Shown piece by piece: positions 61,501 to 64,000 of a stretch of 64,000 bases of DNA. This stretch comes from Anaeramoeba ignava BMAN (Eukaryota > Protista > Anaeramoebae): the NCBI GenBank assembly GCA_028826165.1, contig JAPDFW010000066.1, positions 448,275-512,274 of the forward strand, written 5' to 3'. The position numbers and the translations under genes were made by a program. Within the stretch, counting starts at the first letter, position 1, and each line of letters begins with the position of its first letter. The notes beneath the pieces are model-generated. The model was not told the DNA's origin and did no database searches. It worked only from the letters and a program-made list of their open reading frames with translations.

Positions 61501-63646
61501 TTTGTGGATGGATGGTTGAAGTTGAGCTCATTCTTTGGTAATGTATAATTCTGTTAAATTTTGTGTTCGCTTCAATAAAAATTGCGCATGCATCTGCAGC
61601 TCGGTTATTCCGATGTGAATATGCTACATCATGAGAAAAAATCGAATCTATTTTTTTAGTGGAATCGATTTCTGGTTGAGATTCATTCTCTATCTGTTGA
61701 TTTGAATTATTCTTGTTCTGATCTTTTCTTTCGATTGAATTTTTTTTTTCATTACTTATGACTAATTGATATATTTTTTCTTTGAGGTCTAGAAGGAAGA
61801 TGAATTTGTCAATTCTTTATTAATAAATAATTTTCTTGAGGAGTTAGCAATTTTATCAATATCTTTATCAGATATAAAGTGATTTTTCATATGTTCCATG
61901 GTTTGTGTTGAAGAAGGATCAGTAGATTGTTCTACTTCCTCTGCAGATAAATCTAGAATTGATTCTGCCATACTATTAACTATTGGAGCTAATTTGATTT
62001 TAACTTCATCGCAATAATCTTGCAACCCATCTTGTGTCTTGATTTCAAATAAGTTGAGGAATCTATAAAATTTTGAAATACTGATTCCTACAATTTTTGT
62101 CCCAATATTAAATGCAGATCTCATTTTGCGATCGTTTTCATATAGTTTTCTGAATTTTTTAATTGATTTAGATTCAATTTTTGTTTTTTCCTTTCCTTTT
62201 CCCTTTTCATTTTGATTGTTTTCATTTTGATTGTTTTCATTTTCACCATCAAGTGAGGTTTGATTTTGAGAGAGATTTTTGAGTGAATCTCTTTTCATTT
62301 GTTCTTCCTCCTTCTTTTTCCTTTCTTTTCGGTTTAGTAATTTTCCAATAATATACACTATCTCTCAAATTCCCAATTTTAATCTGATTTTTTTCCACTT
62401 GTGTTTTTAAATCTTGATTTTCTTTTGTAAGTTGATACATCAAATGTGAGTGGATTGTGATTTGTTGATTCTTCAAATTTTCTTTTTCCTTTTGAACTTC
62501 ACACAGATTTTCTCTAAGTTCCATTTCAGTTCTAGCGATGCTGTCACATTTTTCATTGAGGATATTCACCCAAGAGAGAGTTGTTTTCAATTGTTTTTTG
62601 ACTTCTTTATAAATTGAGAATTGGTGATTGATTTTTTTGTTGTTGAACCAACTCTTTTAAATAATCTAATTCTTGTTTGAGGCAGCTATTTTCTTCTTTG
62701 ATATCCTTGTTTTCCTGAATAAATTTTTTCTGAAAAAAGATGGAATGAGAAAAAATTAAAAAGAAGCAAAATAACTAAAATATACCATTTTTAAATTATC
62801 TCTATAGCACCGATTACATATTTTATTACTTTTTCTTCTTGGAGTAGATTCTAATTTCAAAAATAATTCATTTTTGGATGGAACTTGGGCTTTAGGGATT
62901 TTTTTTTTCCCACAAATATAACAAGTTATTGCTTTCATGTAAAAAACGAATTAAAACAAAGATTTGAAAAAAAAATAAAAAGATAAAACAGAATAAGAAA
63001 ATAGAAAAAAAGAAAAAAATTTTAAAAAAATGTCAAAAGAAAAATGTTTTGTGATCTTGTTGTTTTTTTTTTATAAAATATTTTTTTTTATTTAAATAGT
63101 GTTTGTCAACAAATAAGAAAAAAAAGTAAGAGAAAAAAACAAATAAAAATAAAAATAAAAGAAGATTAATGGTTGAAATCGACAAAATAAATGATCAATG
63201 AGTTGATATAAAAATTTGAAAAAATGCCAATTTTTTGATCAACAAATAAGCATCTTATTTCTATAAAACACGAAAGTTTTTGAATTTATTTGAACCTAAA
63301 TAAGAATATAAAATAATCTATAAATTAAGCATGTTGAAAAAAATAGGACCAGATTCTGAAAGTTCTGCAACAATAGAAATTATTGATTTCAATAAAATTT
63401 TAATAATTTTTTTCATTCTTGAGCATGAAAATTAAATTTAAATCTAATCTTCTAATTATTTATATGCAGCAGCTTGAGTATATCATTTCCTAAAATGGAT
63501 ATTTTGAAAAAAAAATCACCTGATAAGCTTCGAAAGTTAGATATATTTGCTTTTATTAATCATTTTTCTCAATTTTTTGAGAATGATTACACTTAATTTT
63601 TTGTAAGTGTAAGTAAAAGAAAATATTTTTGCTTGCGGGGAAGGCT
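58587..63646 (-). mobile_element. Kolobok-superfamily DNA transposon, 5060 bp
   Basis: Perfect 27-bp TIRs AGCCTTCCCCGCAAGCAAAAATATTTT (58587-58613 / 63620-63646), TTAA on both flanks (58583-58586, 63647-63650), AG...CT (RR...YY) termini, internal DDE transposase. Confidence 0.9.
59185..62938 (-). CDS. Transposon polyprotein: C4 zinc finger - coiled coil - DDE transposase - Ulp1-like cysteine protease (one intron, six 1-nt frameshifts)
   Basis: CYIC..CNRC; intron 62785-62730; SHDVAYSH, TVHDQN, HLLDPWH, STSYNESFFS, LAIIDWNQN; protease HHYVCFLID..IYLYNT..IQEDGAQCG. Confidence 0.75.
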
Positions 63647-63746
63647 TTAAAGTTAATAAAAAGAAGACAACTAAAAATTTCTTTTTCCGTTTTTTTTTTT
63701 ATTAAAATTTCTTTTTGAAAAAAAAAAAAAAGAAATTGGAAAATCA

Positions 63747-64000
63747 CTATTTTTGTTTTTTGGAATGTGTTTTTTGATAAAGAATAACTAAATCATTTAT
63801 TGAACCATCAAAATGCATAACAATATGTTGAAGTTCTCTTTTAGAAAAAGAAGGTTCAACTAAAAAATAATAAAAAAATAAAATAATTTAAATAAATAAA
63901 TAAAAATTTTACAAATTAAATTTACCTTTTAAAATCTCTTTAAATAATTTCTCTTGAATCATTTCTTTAAAGGTGTCTTTGTTGATTTGTATTTCACACT
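63747..64000 (-). CDS. 3' end of an unidentified spliced gene
   Basis: Exons >64000-63926 and 63859-63747 are joined by a GT-AG intron, giving ..KEMIQEKLFKEILKVEPSFSKRELQHIVMHFDG..*. Confidence 0.55.

Noticed and set aside
59185-62938. Programmed ribosomal frameshifting or an alternative genetic code
   Set aside because: The shifts go in both directions at simple A/T runs, and conserved genes end normally in standard stop codons.
58587-63646. piggyBac assignment based on the TTAA duplication
   Set aside because: Termini are AG..CT rather than CC..GG, and the transposase motifs (DxWH, ESF, LAxxDWNxN) fit Kolobok.

Overview
Extremely AT-rich, intron-containing eukaryotic nuclear DNA using the standard code. 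The nuclear intein, tandem RCC1-BTB family and Trichomonas-like TCA-poly(T) initiators suggest an anaerobic protist such as Anaeramoeba (inference). Genes in order: PKD2-type TRP channel (partial), two tandem paralogs of a repeat/coiled-coil/WH2 protein, G-alpha, XRCC1, RPL24, two duplicated RING-ARM genes, NCBP2 plus an orphan copy of its last exon, F-BAR-SH3, MCM3, a 4xPH-EF-hand protein, a PRAS40/Lobe-like protein, a 2462-aa FN3 surface protein, three RCC1-BTB genes, a membrane-anchored bZIP and a partial gene at the right edge. Highlights: (1) a complete 5060-bp Kolobok-type DNA transposon (TTAA target duplication, perfect 27-bp TIRs) whose ORF fragments rejoin into one zinc-finger/DDE transposase/Ulp1-like protease polyprotein; (2) a 320-aa intein with a decayed LAGLIDADG domain in the MCM3 Walker A motif; (3) a U12-type AT-AC intron in the PKD2 gene; (4) RING-ARM genes built from amplified 132-nt exon+intron cassettes. 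Several frameshifts fall in homopolymers and some stretches look garbled, so sequencing or assembly error cannot be excluded. All family assignments are from motif recognition, not database searches.
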